A DNA stretch of 45,189 bases from a virus (Duplodnaviria > Heunggongvirae > Uroviricota > Caudoviricetes): the IMG/VR virus record IMGVR_UViG_2617270960_000003, positions 1-45,189 of that record. One strand, 5' to 3'. Numbering within the stretch: the first letter of the stretch is position 1; each line of letters begins with the position of its first letter. Below the pieces are notes generated by a model that saw only the letters and a list, made by a program, of their open reading frames with translations, ran no database searches and was not told the origin of the DNA. Position numbers and translations under genes: made by a program. This document shows, piece after piece, positions 1 through 10,283 of this stretch.

Positions 1-37
1 TTATGGTCCGTGGTTGTTCACTCATTCTGAATGCCAT
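1..37 (-). CDS. tfa: tail fiber assembly protein Tfa, 5' end only (continues past left edge of window)
   Basis: Minus-strand ATG at 35-37 overlaps the stf stop (TAATG); translation [12 protein letters not shown] matches the lambda Tfa N-terminus as recalled; stf-tfa order as in lambda. Confidence 0.6.
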   Translation of the reverse strand, partial: MAFRMSEQPRTI

Positions 38-3000
38 TATGCAAGCCTCACAATATAGTTAAATGCGATGTTTTTGACGGTGTTTTCCGCGTTACCAGCA
101 GCGTTAACGGTGATGGTGTGTCCATGTGAGCCAATCGCAACGGAGTGCGTATGAGCACCAATACCGACAGTATGTGCGTGTGCACCTGCGCTTGCAGCAG
201 TACCCGATACAGAGTGCGTATGAGCGCCTGCAGAAGAAGTGTTAACACTGTATTTAGAATAATCAGGTGATCCACTTCCCGGAGCACCACTGGAACCACC
301 TGAAACAAATGTCATCGAATGGGTATGTGCACCGGCTGAAGCAGCCGTACCGCTAACACTATGGGTATGTGCACCAGTGTTATTCGTGGATTTAGTGCCG
401 TAATCAAACGATGATGTGGTTTTCGTCCCCAAATCCGTACTGGATGCGCTGGCGCTGTGGGTGTGCGATTTAATGCCGTCCTGTTCCTGAGACAATACGG
501 CACGACCACTGGCGGGCTTGCCCTTAATCGTCCAGCCACGCATATCAGGAATAACGCCTGACGGATAAGCCACTGCAAGTTTCGGGTATGCAGATTTGTC
601 AAAAGTCTGCCCCTGCATCAGGGCATAGCCAGACGGAACGGTATCTGATGGCCACGGGATTGGTGCGCCGACTGGGTAGCTTTCTGGTGGAAGATTTTTC
701 GAGGTATAAACTTCTGCCCAGTCTTCCTCAAAACCATAACCGTCTCTTGAAGAACGGTAGAACAGACCACCATTTCTGTAATGCGCCTTCATCTGCAAGG
801 TCCGGCAACTTCCGACTCCGGTATAGAAGTTAACCAGAATATAGCTGTCGCCAGAGCGGGTGACATTGTAAGCGCCTGATTCGGCATTCCAGGGAACGCC
901 ACCATCCGCATCGGCATATGTATCCGTTGCCCTTCTGGCAAAAGCAGCCACATGCGCGGCGGTTAAAGTGATATCAGTAGAACCATCAAATGGAACACCG
1001 GATATTTTTCTTGCAGTCTGAAGTTTTGTAGCAGTTGCAGCATTACCAGTGGTGTTCTGATTACCCGTAGTGTTTACACCTGGAAGGTTAATATTTGCAG
1101 AACCGTCGAAAACAACTCCACCGATAGATCTTGCCGTCTGCAATTTCGTGGCTGTACTTGCATTACCATTCAATGAACCAGTTAATCCACCTGTAACAGA
1201 CAACGGACCTGAAACTGTTCCTCCGGTTGTTGGCAGTGCTCCAATATCTGATGGTGTAGGTTTCTGATGTGAGCTATACATCGTATAAACAACACCATAG
1301 GTAACGCTGGAAGGCTTACTCGCTGAATATGTTGGCGAGGTATAAACAGAAACTGACGCATTTGCAGTACAATCCCAATGGATATTTACACTCGTCGCAT
1401 AATTGCCAATCTCAACGTAAATATCATATGTATCGCCGGATGTGTTGATCCAGGCGAAATTCGTTAATCCGACGGCTGTACGCTTCCACAAAGCCCCGGT
1501 AATTCCTTTGGGGTTTCCATTGCCTGCTCGTAGAACCAGTTCTGAAATGCCTGCCTGATGTGGGGAACCGACGTTGTAACCAGCGCCACCAATCAATGCG
1601 ATGTAAACGATGGAACTCGCCTGTGGCATGGTTACCGTTGCTAATTTGAACCAACCAGCACCACCGCTGAATGACATTGTTGTTGAGTTAAGCGTACCAA
1701 TATCTTTCGGCGTCAGTGTTATATCCGCTGAAAGCGCCTTACCATTCACCTTACGGGCAGAAGGTACCCGACCATTCGCATTATCATTAGCTGCTTTCAC
1801 TGCTTTCGGTGTCGCGGCAAGCGTTTCAGATGCGCTGTTGGTTGCACTACTGAGCTGGACAATTCCTTTTTGTGCTGTCGTAGCGTCCTGTGCGGTGTAT
1901 TTCCCGTTAGCCAGGTCATACGCGGCCTTAACGGCTTTTGGCGTTGCCGCCTGTGACTCGGAAGTGCTGTTAGTCGCACTGCTGAGCTGAACTATCCCTT
2001 TCTGTCCTGTCGTTGCATCCTGTGCGGTGTATTTCCCGTTAGCCAGGTCATACGCGGCCTTAACGGCTTTTGGCGTTGCCGCCTGTGACTCGGAAGTGCT
2101 GTTAGTCGCACTGCTGAGCTGAACTATCCCTTTCTGTCCTGTCGTTGCATCCTGTGCGGTGTATTTCCCGTTAGCCAGGTCATACGCGGCCTTAACGGCT
2201 TTTGGCGTTGCCGCCTGTGACTCGGAAGTGCTGTTAGTCGCACTGCTGAGCTGAACTATCCCTTTCTGTCCTGTCGTTGCATCCTGTGCGGTGTATTTCC
2301 CGTTAGCCAGGTCATACGCGGCCTTAACGGCTTTTGGCGTTGCCGCCTGTGACTCGGAAGTGCTGTTGGTCGCACTGCTGAGCTGTACTACCCCCTTTTT
2401 CGTCGTGCTCGCATCCTCAAGCGCCACGGCGGATGCAATATCCTCTGCACGTTTTGCCGCTGTCTCAGCGCGCGTTGCTGCGGATTCTGCCGTACTTTTG
2501 CTCTGTGCTGCCGCTGCCGCACTGCCAGCAGCCTCTGTCGCCTTCGTGGATGCCGTCGTGGCGCTGCCCCTCGCTGCTGACGCCTGTCTGGTCGCCTCAT
2601 CTTTTGAAGCAGACGCAGATGATGCCGATGACGCCGCCGAACTGGCGGACGATGCGGCAGCCGTTTTTGAGGATTCTGCGCTGGTTTCCGACGCTTTCGC
2701 GTTCGTTTCGGATGTCTTCGCTGCGGAAGCTGACCTCGCTGCTGCGCTGGCCTGTACAGCGGCTTCGCCAGCATTCGTTGTGGCTGTTGAAGCAGACGAT
2801 GCAGCACTTTCTGCCGACTTTCCGGCAGCGGTGGCACTGGCTGAGGCCTGCCCGGCACTTGTTGACGCGGCACTGGCTGATGATGCAGCCGCTGTTTTTG
2901 AGCCTGCCGCAGCTGAGGCACTCTGTCCCGCTGCCGTTTCAGAAGACCTGGCGTTCGTCTCGGACGTCTTTGCCGCCTTCGCGGAATTTCCTGCCGCCGT

Positions 3001-3498
3001 TGCCGAGGAAGCGGCACTACTGGCGCTTGATGATGCGTTCGTTTCTGATGATTTCGCTGCCTCTTTTGAGGCCGCCGCATCCCGGGCTGAGGTGCGGGCA
3101 TCGCTGGCTGACTTCTTCGCGGCTGCCGTGTTCTGTGCCACTGCGGACGCGTTACGCGCCACCTCTTCCACCATCAGTTCAAAACGGCGCAGTGCCTCTG
3201 GCCGGACATCATCCTCCGTCATTGCACCGAGGAAATCATTCAGTGTGCCCGGCTTTGAGTCCTCATATACGGTGATAATCCCGGCGTGTGACGGCGGGAA
3301 TCCCTCCACCAACAGACTGACGCTGTACTGACCATACTCGACGTCCATTGTGTAACGCCCGGCTTCATCCGGGTTTTCTGAGGCCACTGTGTTCACCACC
3401 ACCGTGGTGCTGTTGCGCCTGGCCTTTAGCTGAATGGTGCAGTTTTGTATCGGCTTACCTGCGCCATCTTTCAGTACACCTGAAATCCGTACTGCCAT
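37..3498 (-). CDS. stf: side tail fiber protein (Stf-like), 1153 aa
   Basis: ORF track; N-terminus [14 protein letters not shown]...[17 protein letters not shown] is lambda Stf-like; long Ala/Ser-rich region; five 44-aa tandem repeats ([44 protein letters not shown]); C-terminal GAHTHS His-box repeats typical of fiber tips. Confidence 0.85.
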   Translation of the reverse strand: MAVRISGVLKDGAGKPIQNCTIQLKARRNSTTVVVNTVASENPDEAGRYTMDVEYGQYSVSLLVEGFPPSHAGIITVYEDSKPGTLNDFLGAMTEDDVRPEALRRFELMVEEVARNASAVAQNTAAAKKSASDARTSARDAAASKEAAKSSETNASSSASSAASSATAAGNSAKAAKTSETNARSSETAAGQSASAAAGSKTAAASSASAASTSAGQASASATAAGKSAESAASSASTATTNAGEAAVQASAAARSASAAKTSETNAKASETSAESSKTAAASSASSAASSASSASASKDEATRQASAARGSATTASTKATEAAGSAAAAAQSKSTAESAATRAETAAKRAEDIASAVALEDASTTKKGVVQLSSATNSTSESQAATPKAVKAAYDLANGKYTAQDATTGQKGIVQLSSATNSTSESQAATPKAVKAAYDLANGKYTAQDATTGQKGIVQLSSATNSTSESQAATPKAVKAAYDLANGKYTAQDATTGQKGIVQLSSATNSTSESQAATPKAVKAAYDLANGKYTAQDATTAQKGIVQLSSATNSASETLAATPKAVKAANDNANGRVPSARKVNGKALSADITLTPKDIGTLNSTTMSFSGGAGWFKLATVTMPQASSIVYIALIGGAGYNVGSPHQAGISELVLRAGNGNPKGITGALWKRTAVGLTNFAWINTSGDTYDIYVEIGNYATSVNIHWDCTANASVSVYTSPTYSASKPSSVTYGVVYTMYSSHQKPTPSDIGALPTTGGTVSGPLSVTGGLTGSLNGNASTATKLQTARSIGGVVFDGSANINLPGVNTTGNQNTTGNAATATKLQTARKISGVPFDGSTDITLTAAHVAAFARRATDTYADADGGVPWNAESGAYNVTRSGDSYILVNFYTGVGSCRTLQMKAHYRNGGLFYRSSRDGYGFEEDWAEVYTSKNLPPESYPVGAPIPWPSDTVPSGYALMQGQTFDKSAYPKLAVAYPSGVIPDMRGWTIKGKPASGRAVLSQEQDGIKSHTHSASASSTDLGTKTTSSFDYGTKSTNNTGAHTHSVSGTAASAGAHTHSMTFVSGGSSGAPGSGSPDYSKYSVNTSSAGAHTHSVSGTAASAGAHAHTVGIGAHTHSVAIGSHGHTITVNAAGNAENTVKNIAFNYIVRLA
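1790..2450 (-). repeat. tandem direct repeat, 132-bp period, about 5 copies (3 central copies identical) inside stf
   Basis: Motif ccgttagccaggtcatac recurs ending at 1921, 2053, 2185 and 2317 (exact 132-bp spacing); encodes the 44-aa fiber repeat. Confidence 0.85.
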
Positions 3499-3511
3499 AT
3501 TCCCCCCACAA

Positions 3512-3540
3512 AAAAGCCCGCCTGAACCGGCGGGCTGTCA
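3512..3540 (-). terminator. rho-independent terminator downstream of lom
   Basis: Minus-strand hairpin AGCCCGCC-GGTTC-AGGCGGGCT followed by TTTTTT. Confidence 0.5.
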
Positions 3541-3562
3541 TAACACTGTGTTACCTGGCTAA

Positions 3563-4159
3563 TCAGAATTTATAACCGACACCCACGATGAAACCGTCAG
3601 TGCGCCAGTCACCACTGCCGGAACCTTCATAAGCAACATCAACGGCCACGGATTCGGTCGGGTTAAACTGCACGCCAGCCCCCCACGCCAGAGACGTGTT
3701 GCTGTGGCGACCGTCATCACTTCCGGTCAGCACATCGTGCGTTTTCCCCGTATTGTCAGTCACCCGCAGATAATCCCCGGAGAAAGTCGACACACGGCTG
3801 TAAGCCACACCCACCATCGCATACGCGCTGAACCATTCATTCACGCGCACAGACGGCCCCGCCATCACGCTGAACCAGCGGTTACGCACGGAATCTTCAT
3901 ACCAGCGGGTATCGCTGTAACGCGTAAGCTGCGAATCTTCACCTGCATAACTGAATGACGTAACCAGCCCCAGCGTGTCCGTAAACTCATAACGGTATTT
4001 CACGTTAATCCCGTTCAGATCATCGCTGCCGGAAACGTTCGTACGGGCATGAAGATACCCCGCGCTCAGCGTGGACTGATGCTCAGACGCCCATGCAGGC
4101 GCACCGGATACGGCCAGACAAATGGCTGCGGACAAAATGGCGGCACAAACTTTACGCAT
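3563..4159 (-). CDS. lom: outer membrane protein Lom (Ail/Lom/PagC family), 198 aa
   Basis: ORF track; signal-peptide-like N-terminus, beta-barrel-like sequence ending GYKF; position between J and stf as in lambda; GAGAGG ribosome-binding site. Confidence 0.8.
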   Translation of the reverse strand: MRKVCAAILSAAICLAVSGAPAWASEHQSTLSAGYLHARTNVSGSDDLNGINVKYRYEFTDTLGLVTSFSYAGEDSQLTRYSDTRWYEDSVRNRWFSVMAGPSVRVNEWFSAYAMVGVAYSRVSTFSGDYLRVTDNTGKTHDVLTGSDDGRHSNTSLAWGAGVQFNPTESVAVDVAYEGSGSGDWRTDGFIVGVGYKF

Positions 4160-4386
4160 AATTACCTCTCGCTTTTCTGCAATAAAAAAGGCGCCATTTC
4201 TGACGCCCGTTATGGGTTATAAAATTCAGCTGATACTGATACCAGCGGTGGATTTCTTCATCACCACAACCAGCAAATCGCTGATACTGGCTGTGGGATC
4301 CAGTCATTACCACCCATGAAGACACCGAAAACGCCAGCGTCAGGTCCCCTGACCAGCAGGCATATCAATAACACACGAAAATAAGC

Positions 4387-7300
4387 CTAGCATCCAGCGC
4401 GGACGGTTAAAAATCTCAGACCATTGCGCGTCACTATCAACCGGCAGGACGAATAAATATCGTTATTCTCCCGCTCATGTTTAGCGCCGCAGAATGCCAC
4501 CGCTGGAATAACAATTTGCCTGTCAAAAGGCTGATCGTCATAAATCCTGACGGTGATGGTGCCACTGGCATAAGTGCCCGTCCGCGGGAAAGACTTACCC
4601 ACCGTTTTGACAATATCGCCTTCAATCTGATTGGCTGACAGTTTCCCCTTAATCTGACAGTTCTCATTAATCGTGACGTTGTTGAGCGTCCCGGAGTTCG
4701 CATTCACACTGCCACTGATATCCGCATTTTTAGCAGTCAGCTTTCCGTCCGGTGTCAGGGAAAATGCCGGTGGATTTCCACCGCTGGTAATGGTGGGGGC
4801 CGTCAGGCGTTTCAGGAACACGTCGTTCATGAATATCTGATCGCCCTGACCAACAAACATCGGTTTTGTGTTGCCATTCGCAGGATTAACCATCGCAATC
4901 CTGTCCGCCGCCAGCAGCACCTGACTCTGCATGCCGTCAGGGGTGTTCTCAATACCGACACCAATACCCGCGATATAAAGGCGTCCGTCCTGCATCTGCT
5001 GCAGCTTCACAGCCCACATGCTGTTCAGGTTATTATTTGTATCAACCTGAACCTTCTGTATCTGCTGAATTGCCGCACTCTGGTCTTCCAGTTTCTTATT
5101 GACGGTCTGCGTGATTTCATTGCTGACATCCGTAATGGACGTCCTGATTTCAGCCAGGTCAGGCGCAAGCTGACCGTTATCAATCTGCGTCCACAGCTCC
5201 TGAGCCAGATGGGTTTTCCCTATCTCGCCTTTGAAAAAATCCAGATAGCCGGATGCATCATCGCTCGCCCGACCGACGGCCTCCACAAATGCCGATTTGC
5301 CTACGGTGTTCACACTGCGGGTATAAAAGTAATAATCATGGCCCGGTTTGATATTGATACTGGCGGCTATCCAGTACAGCGCCGTACCAAGATAGCGGGC
5401 TGTGGTTTCAACCTGCCTGATATCCGCAATCCGCTTTTCCGAGAACCAGAACTCAAACTGTACCGTCGGATCATAAACCGCAAGATGCGGCGTGGCGGTT
5501 ATCTGAAAATAGCCCGGCGTCAGCTCAATCCGCGACGGCGCTGCCGGTGCGGCGATCCGGAACAATACCGATGCCGGATCGCCCTGCTGTCCCCATGCAT
5601 TTACCGCCCGGACTGTCAGCGTGTACCGCCCCAGCGCCAGCTGCGTGAAGCGATATGTGGTTTCCGTCGTCCGGGCCGTGCTGACCAACCGCTCACTGCC
5701 GTCGTCCGCTGCCACGGTCAGGCGCAGACTGAAGCGCACGCCCTTCACCACCCGCGGCGTGTCCCATTTAGCCTGCGCCAGATACTGGCCGTCAGCTGCG
5801 CTCACCTCCACCGTCAGGTGCTGTACTGCCGGTGGGATGACGCTGTTCAGGGAGCCTGACTGCGGCTCAAAGCGGGCACCGTTATCCACGATGGCTTCTT
5901 TTTCCGGTACGTGCTGCACCGCCGTGATGGCAAAGGTGCCGTCCGTGTTTTCCCGGATGGAGACACAGCGGAACAGGCGACGGCGCAGTGACGGCAGGGA
6001 GAGTCCCCACACCCCGTATGTCTCCACACCATCAGGCAGGGTACTGACCTGTATCCGGTCCGGCGCGGGGTGTTCGGTGATGTCCACACTCACCGGCTTA
6101 CCGCTGCCGTTAATCAGGTTCACCGTGGCGGCACCGGTCTCCGGCAGGGTAACCTCACGGTCCAGCGTCAGGGTGCGGGTGGCAGCATCAATGGACAGGA
6201 CACGTCCGCCGGTCAGGGTCCCGGCATAGTCATTATCACAGATTTCAATAATGTCACCGGGTGTGTGCCGCAGCCCCTGAGACCCGAGCGTGAAATCCAC
6301 CGTCTGCGTTTCCAGCAGTTCGGTCTTTATCACCCACAGTCCGGCACGGTGGGCCTGACCGCGGCTGGTACAGCCGAACGCGTCCATCTTCAGCAGATTG
6401 CGCCCGTAGCGCAGTATGGCTTCCGGGTCTTCCACCAGTTCCGTGGAGGTCTGCCAGCCGTTCTGCGGGTCGGTGTAATTCACCTCCACCGCCGTGTGCC
6501 GGTCCTTCAGGGCACTGAAGCTGTAGCGGAACCCCACGCCGTTATCATCCACCACCACATCGCTGTTGGTGTACGGCCACACCACATCCGACAGGCGGTC
6601 CTGAACAAACGTCAGCATCTGGCCGTTCCATACCGGCATACAGCGCATCGCCGAGCAGAAATCACTGAGAACATCCCACGCCTTACGCTGTTGTGCCAGG
6701 TACGCATTGAAGGTCATCCGCGGCTCGGTGCCCCCGAAGCCATCCGGCACCATCTGGTCGCAGTACTGCCCGATGGCATACAGCGCCCACTTGTCCACAT
6801 CCGCCGCCCCCAGACGTTTTCCCATGCCGTAGCGCGGGTGAGTCAGCATGTCCCACAGACACCAGGCCGGATTGTTGCTGTATGCCGGTTTCAGACTGCC
6901 GTCCCAGATACCACTGTACGTGCGTTTTTCCGGGTCATAGTTTGACGGCACCTGGATGATGCGACCGCGGATATGGTAGTTCACCGTCATCTGCTGACCA
7001 CCAAACTGCTCCGCATCCACCTGCATCCCCACAATGGCCGTGTTCGGGTAGCACTGTTTCACATCGATGATTTCGGTGTATGACGACCACAGCGTTCTGT
7101 TCTGCAGCTGGTCCGTGGTGCTGTCCGCCGTCTCCCTGACCATCCGGATGTTAAAGGGGCGGGGAGGCAGATTATCCAGAATCACCGAGGCCAGGAACTG
7201 TGAGGTGGTCTTGCCGTTAATGGTGACATCCTTTTCTGTCACCCAGTTACCGTTACGCTGTAACTGAATCAGCAGACGGACAGAGGACGGATTACGGTCA

Positions 7301-7683
7301 CCCTTTGACGTGGTCTCCACCAGTGACTGCACCCCGAAGGTCACCCGCAGGCGGTCAATGTTCGCTGACGTAATGGTGCGTGTTACCGGTTTTGCCCTGG
7401 TCACTTCGACACCCAGTACAGTTTCAGAGCCGGAGGACTCAAAGCCTTCCGGTGGTATCTGCTCCTGCTCCCCGGCACGCCAGACCGCGGTCACACCGTG
7501 TATCACGGGATTACCGTCCGTGTCCGTCAGCGGGGTTTTGTTCACCAGAATACTCTGCAGGCCTTTCACCGGGCCTTCTATCGGTCCCTCACCAATCGCA
7601 TCAATCACGCTCATCATCTGCGTGGATTTGAGATTGTCTTTCGCCTCACGCGGTGTGTGCGCCTTGCCGCCACCTTTGCCCAT
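4387..7683 (-). CDS. J: tail tip host-specificity protein J, 1098 aa; 3' end appears frameshifted or truncated
   Basis: ORF track; near-collinear with lambda J from [22 protein letters not shown] onward; ORF ends about 60 codons short, with J-like C-terminal peptides in the other two frames of 4160-4386. Confidence 0.85.
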   Translation of the reverse strand: MGKGGGKAHTPREAKDNLKSTQMMSVIDAIGEGPIEGPVKGLQSILVNKTPLTDTDGNPVIHGVTAVWRAGEQEQIPPEGFESSGSETVLGVEVTRAKPVTRTITSANIDRLRVTFGVQSLVETTSKGDRNPSSVRLLIQLQRNGNWVTEKDVTINGKTTSQFLASVILDNLPPRPFNIRMVRETADSTTDQLQNRTLWSSYTEIIDVKQCYPNTAIVGMQVDAEQFGGQQMTVNYHIRGRIIQVPSNYDPEKRTYSGIWDGSLKPAYSNNPAWCLWDMLTHPRYGMGKRLGAADVDKWALYAIGQYCDQMVPDGFGGTEPRMTFNAYLAQQRKAWDVLSDFCSAMRCMPVWNGQMLTFVQDRLSDVVWPYTNSDVVVDDNGVGFRYSFSALKDRHTAVEVNYTDPQNGWQTSTELVEDPEAILRYGRNLLKMDAFGCTSRGQAHRAGLWVIKTELLETQTVDFTLGSQGLRHTPGDIIEICDNDYAGTLTGGRVLSIDAATRTLTLDREVTLPETGAATVNLINGSGKPVSVDITEHPAPDRIQVSTLPDGVETYGVWGLSLPSLRRRLFRCVSIRENTDGTFAITAVQHVPEKEAIVDNGARFEPQSGSLNSVIPPAVQHLTVEVSAADGQYLAQAKWDTPRVVKGVRFSLRLTVAADDGSERLVSTARTTETTYRFTQLALGRYTLTVRAVNAWGQQGDPASVLFRIAAPAAPSRIELTPGYFQITATPHLAVYDPTVQFEFWFSEKRIADIRQVETTARYLGTALYWIAASINIKPGHDYYFYTRSVNTVGKSAFVEAVGRASDDASGYLDFFKGEIGKTHLAQELWTQIDNGQLAPDLAEIRTSITDVSNEITQTVNKKLEDQSAAIQQIQKVQVDTNNNLNSMWAVKLQQMQDGRLYIAGIGVGIENTPDGMQSQVLLAADRIAMVNPANGNTKPMFVGQGDQIFMNDVFLKRLTAPTITSGGNPPAFSLTPDGKLTAKNADISGSVNANSGTLNNVTINENCQIKGKLSANQIEGDIVKTVGKSFPRTGTYASGTITVRIYDDQPFDRQIVIPAVAFCGAKHERENNDIYSSCRLIVTRNGLRFLTVRAGC

Positions 7684-7786
7684 TACATCACCTCTTACCT
7701 TGATAATTGTTCACTCACAAAAACAACAGGCACCTCACCGGGTGCCTGCGTCATGACGGAATAAAATTTCTGAATATCTTCACATT

Positions 7787-7814
7787 TTCACACACTGACT
7801 GTGGCGCGTATAAT
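7787..7814 (+). promoter_or_regulatory. candidate sigma70 promoter in the I-J gap (TTCACA-16-TATAAT), antisense to the tail operon
   Basis: -35 TTCACA at 7787-7792, 16-bp spacer, consensus -10 TATAAT at 7809-7814. Confidence 0.35.
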
Positions 7815-7885
7815 TTCGCTGCGTTAGTGTTTTTTTGCCCGAGTAACAAAAACAACTCCTTCACATTGATCTTCATTTGTCTGTC

Positions 7886-7918
7886 CCCGCAGCTCCGCGA
7901 TCACTGCGGGATTTTTTT
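7886..7918 (+). terminator. rho-independent terminator on plus strand in the I-J gap
   Basis: Hairpin CCCGCAG...CTGCGGG followed by ATTTTTTT on the plus strand. Confidence 0.45.
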
Positions 7919-7923
7919 ATGTT

Positions 7924-8604
7924 TTATCCCTGTCGCCCGATAACCACGACCTTTCCGCCCCCGCCTTCATCACGGGTGCTGATGTCCTGGGATATACGGC
8001 GGGAGCCAACCAGCATTTCCCCGTAAGGCACCGGCATCGGGTTCCCCTGGGCAATCATGTTATCCAGCGAGGAAAAGTACGTGTTCTGTCTGCCGTTATC
8101 CGTTGCGCGGTAATCCGGTGTTTTTGCCTTCGGGGCCAGCATCTGGGCCACACCGCCCAGAATCATGCTGGCTCCAAGTGAAAACAGCATCGTGGTGGCA
8201 GAAAAACCACCGGCTGCCAGGGCTGAACCCCATAACGCCATTGATGCCCCGGCAGTGAAGAAAGAGCCCACGATGGCTGCCGCCCCCAACACAATCTGCA
8301 GTCCACCCTTTCCGGCCCCGGCCAGTCGCGGCACAATGTGGATGACCGTTCCCTCACCCAGCTGTTCGTGAAGGCGGGCGTACACCACCTCCGGTGCCGT
8401 GTCTTCACCGGCAATACGTATCTGGTACCAGCCTTCGTTCATCTGACGGCGAAAGCCCGGCATCTGCATCGACAGGGCGCGGATGGCTTCCGCTGCCGTG
8501 TTCACATACAGGCTGAGGCGGCGGCCAAATCGTTGCAAATCCCCGTGAAGGCAGATGTGTGCCAGTGGCGGTGACGCCAGACAGAATGCGTTCGTCGTTG
8601 CCAT
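7924..8604 (-). CDS. I: tail assembly protein I, 226 aa
   Basis: ORF track; LASP...ICLHGDLQRFGRR...AIRAL...GWYQIRIAG and C-terminal NTYFSSLDNM match lambda gpI as recalled. Confidence 0.85.
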   Translation of the reverse strand: MATTNAFCLASPPLAHICLHGDLQRFGRRLSLYVNTAAEAIRALSMQMPGFRRQMNEGWYQIRIAGEDTAPEVVYARLHEQLGEGTVIHIVPRLAGAGKGGLQIVLGAAAIVGSFFTAGASMALWGSALAAGGFSATTMLFSLGASMILGGVAQMLAPKAKTPDYRATDNGRQNTYFSSLDNMIAQGNPMPVPYGEMLVGSRRISQDISTRDEGGGGKVVVIGRQG

Positions 8605-9245
8605 TTTTCGGAATACCTCTCCCGTTTACTCAGTTGTTCAGGAATATGGTGAAGCAGTTCACCGTTGCCGCAGTAAATGGCGGCATGATTAGCCACCGAT
8701 GCGCCGAAGCAGCACAGCAGGATATCGCCCGGCTGTGCAGAGGACAGGGGCACCCGGTAAAAGCCGGTGACCGCCATATTGTCCAGGTACAGGTTCTGGC
8801 CGTTGCGCCACCAGTCATCCTCGCGATGAAAATCCGGCATATCAATTCCCGCCAGATGGTATGCATCCCGGAACAGCGTGTAACAGTCCGTCACCCCGTG
8901 CTCAAAGCGCCGTCCTGTCAGATGTGGCACACAGCGGAATTTATGAATTTCCCCCCGGCAGACCAGCCACCAGGGTAGTGCGCTTTTTATCTGCAGCCGC
9001 CGGTCAGCCTCGCTCAGCCAGGGCAGCTCACCGGGATGACTGTGGACCAGTGCCACAATCTCCCCCTGCATCTCTGCCCGCAGCCAGTCTTCCGGTGCGA
9101 TACGAAAATACGCCTCCGGCTCTGCGGAAATATTCACACAAGGGATATACCGCTCCCCCTCCGGCGTGCTTATCACGAAGCCGCACGACTCCGCAGGCGC
9201 ACACCGCCGGGCATGCGCCAGAATCGCTGATTCAGTCTGTGTCAT
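8502..9245 (-). CDS. K: tail assembly protein K (MPN/JAB plus NlpC/P60-like), 247 aa
   Basis: Homology starts at internal ATG (9243-9245): MTQTESAILAHARRCAPAESCGF...HSHPG...; the upstream 87 codons of the 334-aa track ORF have no K homology; 3' end overlaps I. Confidence 0.8.
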   Translation of the reverse strand: MTQTESAILAHARRCAPAESCGFVISTPEGERYIPCVNISAEPEAYFRIAPEDWLRAEMQGEIVALVHSHPGELPWLSEADRRLQIKSALPWWLVCRGEIHKFRCVPHLTGRRFEHGVTDCYTLFRDAYHLAGIDMPDFHREDDWWRNGQNLYLDNMAVTGFYRVPLSSAQPGDILLCCFGASVANHAAIYCGNGELLHHIPEQLSKRERYSEKWQRRTHSVWRHRHWHTSAFTGICNDLAAASACM

Positions 9246-9255
9246 AAACCGGGAT

Positions 9256-9954
9256 TTACTGCGAAAGTTTATTAATGGAAAGGAAACCGCCAAAATTGCC
9301 GACATTCCTGCGCAGTTCACACCCGCGCATGCACTTGCTGCATCTGTCCTTACGGATATCCGTGGTGGGTTTATCGAACTCATCCGCCACAGCCCCGCCC
9401 GTGTAACCACACTCATCAGAGCGGTAGGTCCACATACAGGTGTTCGCCAGCATGATACGACCGGGAAACTGAGCTCCGTCCGTCTCGGTCGGTGTGGCCA
9501 GCACAAACGAGGCCGTCATGGCTGTCAGCTGCGACATCTGCTCCACCACTCAGCGGTCGCTCAGCTCCTGCTCCGGGTCCGCTTCCGGATTGCCCGCCAC
9601 AAAATTCACCGCATCCAGAAAACGGGCATACACCCGGCGGCGGACCACCGTGGCCCCCACCAGACTCTGCAGGTCTTCCGCCATCCCGGTGACAAGGCCG
9701 AACAGATTGGACACCGTCAGCGACGGTCTGGCACTGCTGCCTTTCCCGTTCATTTCAAAGCCGCTGCCATCAATCGGGTACGCCTCATACTTACGCCCCT
9801 GCCAGGTGACCGGCTCCCCTTTTTCATTCAGCTCATTACAGAAAAAATACCGCTCACCACCCTGTACCGTCAGGTCGATTTCCCAGAGTACCACCCGCGG
9901 TGACTGCTCTGACTTAACCGACTCGTTCAGACTTTCTTCGCGAATATCCTGCAT
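9256..9954 (-). pseudogene. L: minor tail protein L interrupted by in-frame opal stop (TGA at 9550-9552 in place of Trp)
   Basis: Track ORFs 9550..9954 and 9256..9549 are in the same frame and adjacent; together they read ...ADPEQELSDR*VVEQMSQLTAMTASFVL versus lambda L ...ADPEQEVISRWRIEQCSELSAVSASFVL. Confidence 0.8.
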
Positions 9955-10283
9955 CAGTTCACCACCTGCTTAAACTCCGCGCTGAACTCAACGCGCAACA
10001 TCCCGACCCGCGCAGACCACCCGGCACAGGTCACCTTTATCTGCCGGTATGCATAGGGTGGCTTCCACAAAAATGCCTTCCAGCCACCGTGCTCTGCCAG
10101 AAACGACTCCAGCGCCGTGGCCTCCTCACGGGAGACAGACAGCGTCACGCTGTACGTTTTCAGGTCAGCGTTCAGCCCGGCAGGCGCACGCTGGGAATAG
10201 CCATCACCAAAGCGCACCTCCCTGACGGAAGGAGCCGATGTCACATCCATCCCGGGTTTCACTTTCCAGCGGAAGGTTTTCAT
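9954..10283 (-). CDS. M: minor tail protein M, 109 aa
   Basis: ORF track; size and position between H and L as in lambda. Confidence 0.85.
   Translation of the reverse strand: MKTFRWKVKPGMDVTSAPSVREVRFGDGYSQRAPAGLNADLKTYSVTLSVSREEATALESFLAEHGGWKAFLWKPPYAYRQIKVTCAGWSARVGMLRVEFSAEFKQVVN

Noticed and set aside
2388-3101. Long Arg/Pro/Gln-rich ORFs overlapping stf on both strands (2388..3101, 2291..3331, 2433..3275)
   Set aside because: Low-complexity alternate-frame translations of the Ala/Ser-rich fiber repeat region; stf is the supported frame.
5209-6945. Plus-strand ORFs inside J (5209..5859, 5621..6229, 6070..6945)
   Set aside because: Antisense to a strongly supported J gene in GC-rich DNA; no ribosome-binding sites or homology.
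8502-9506. 334-aa track ORF as a single gene
   Set aside because: Homology to tail protein K begins at the internal ATG (9245); the upstream 87 codons are an out-of-gene extension overlapping L.
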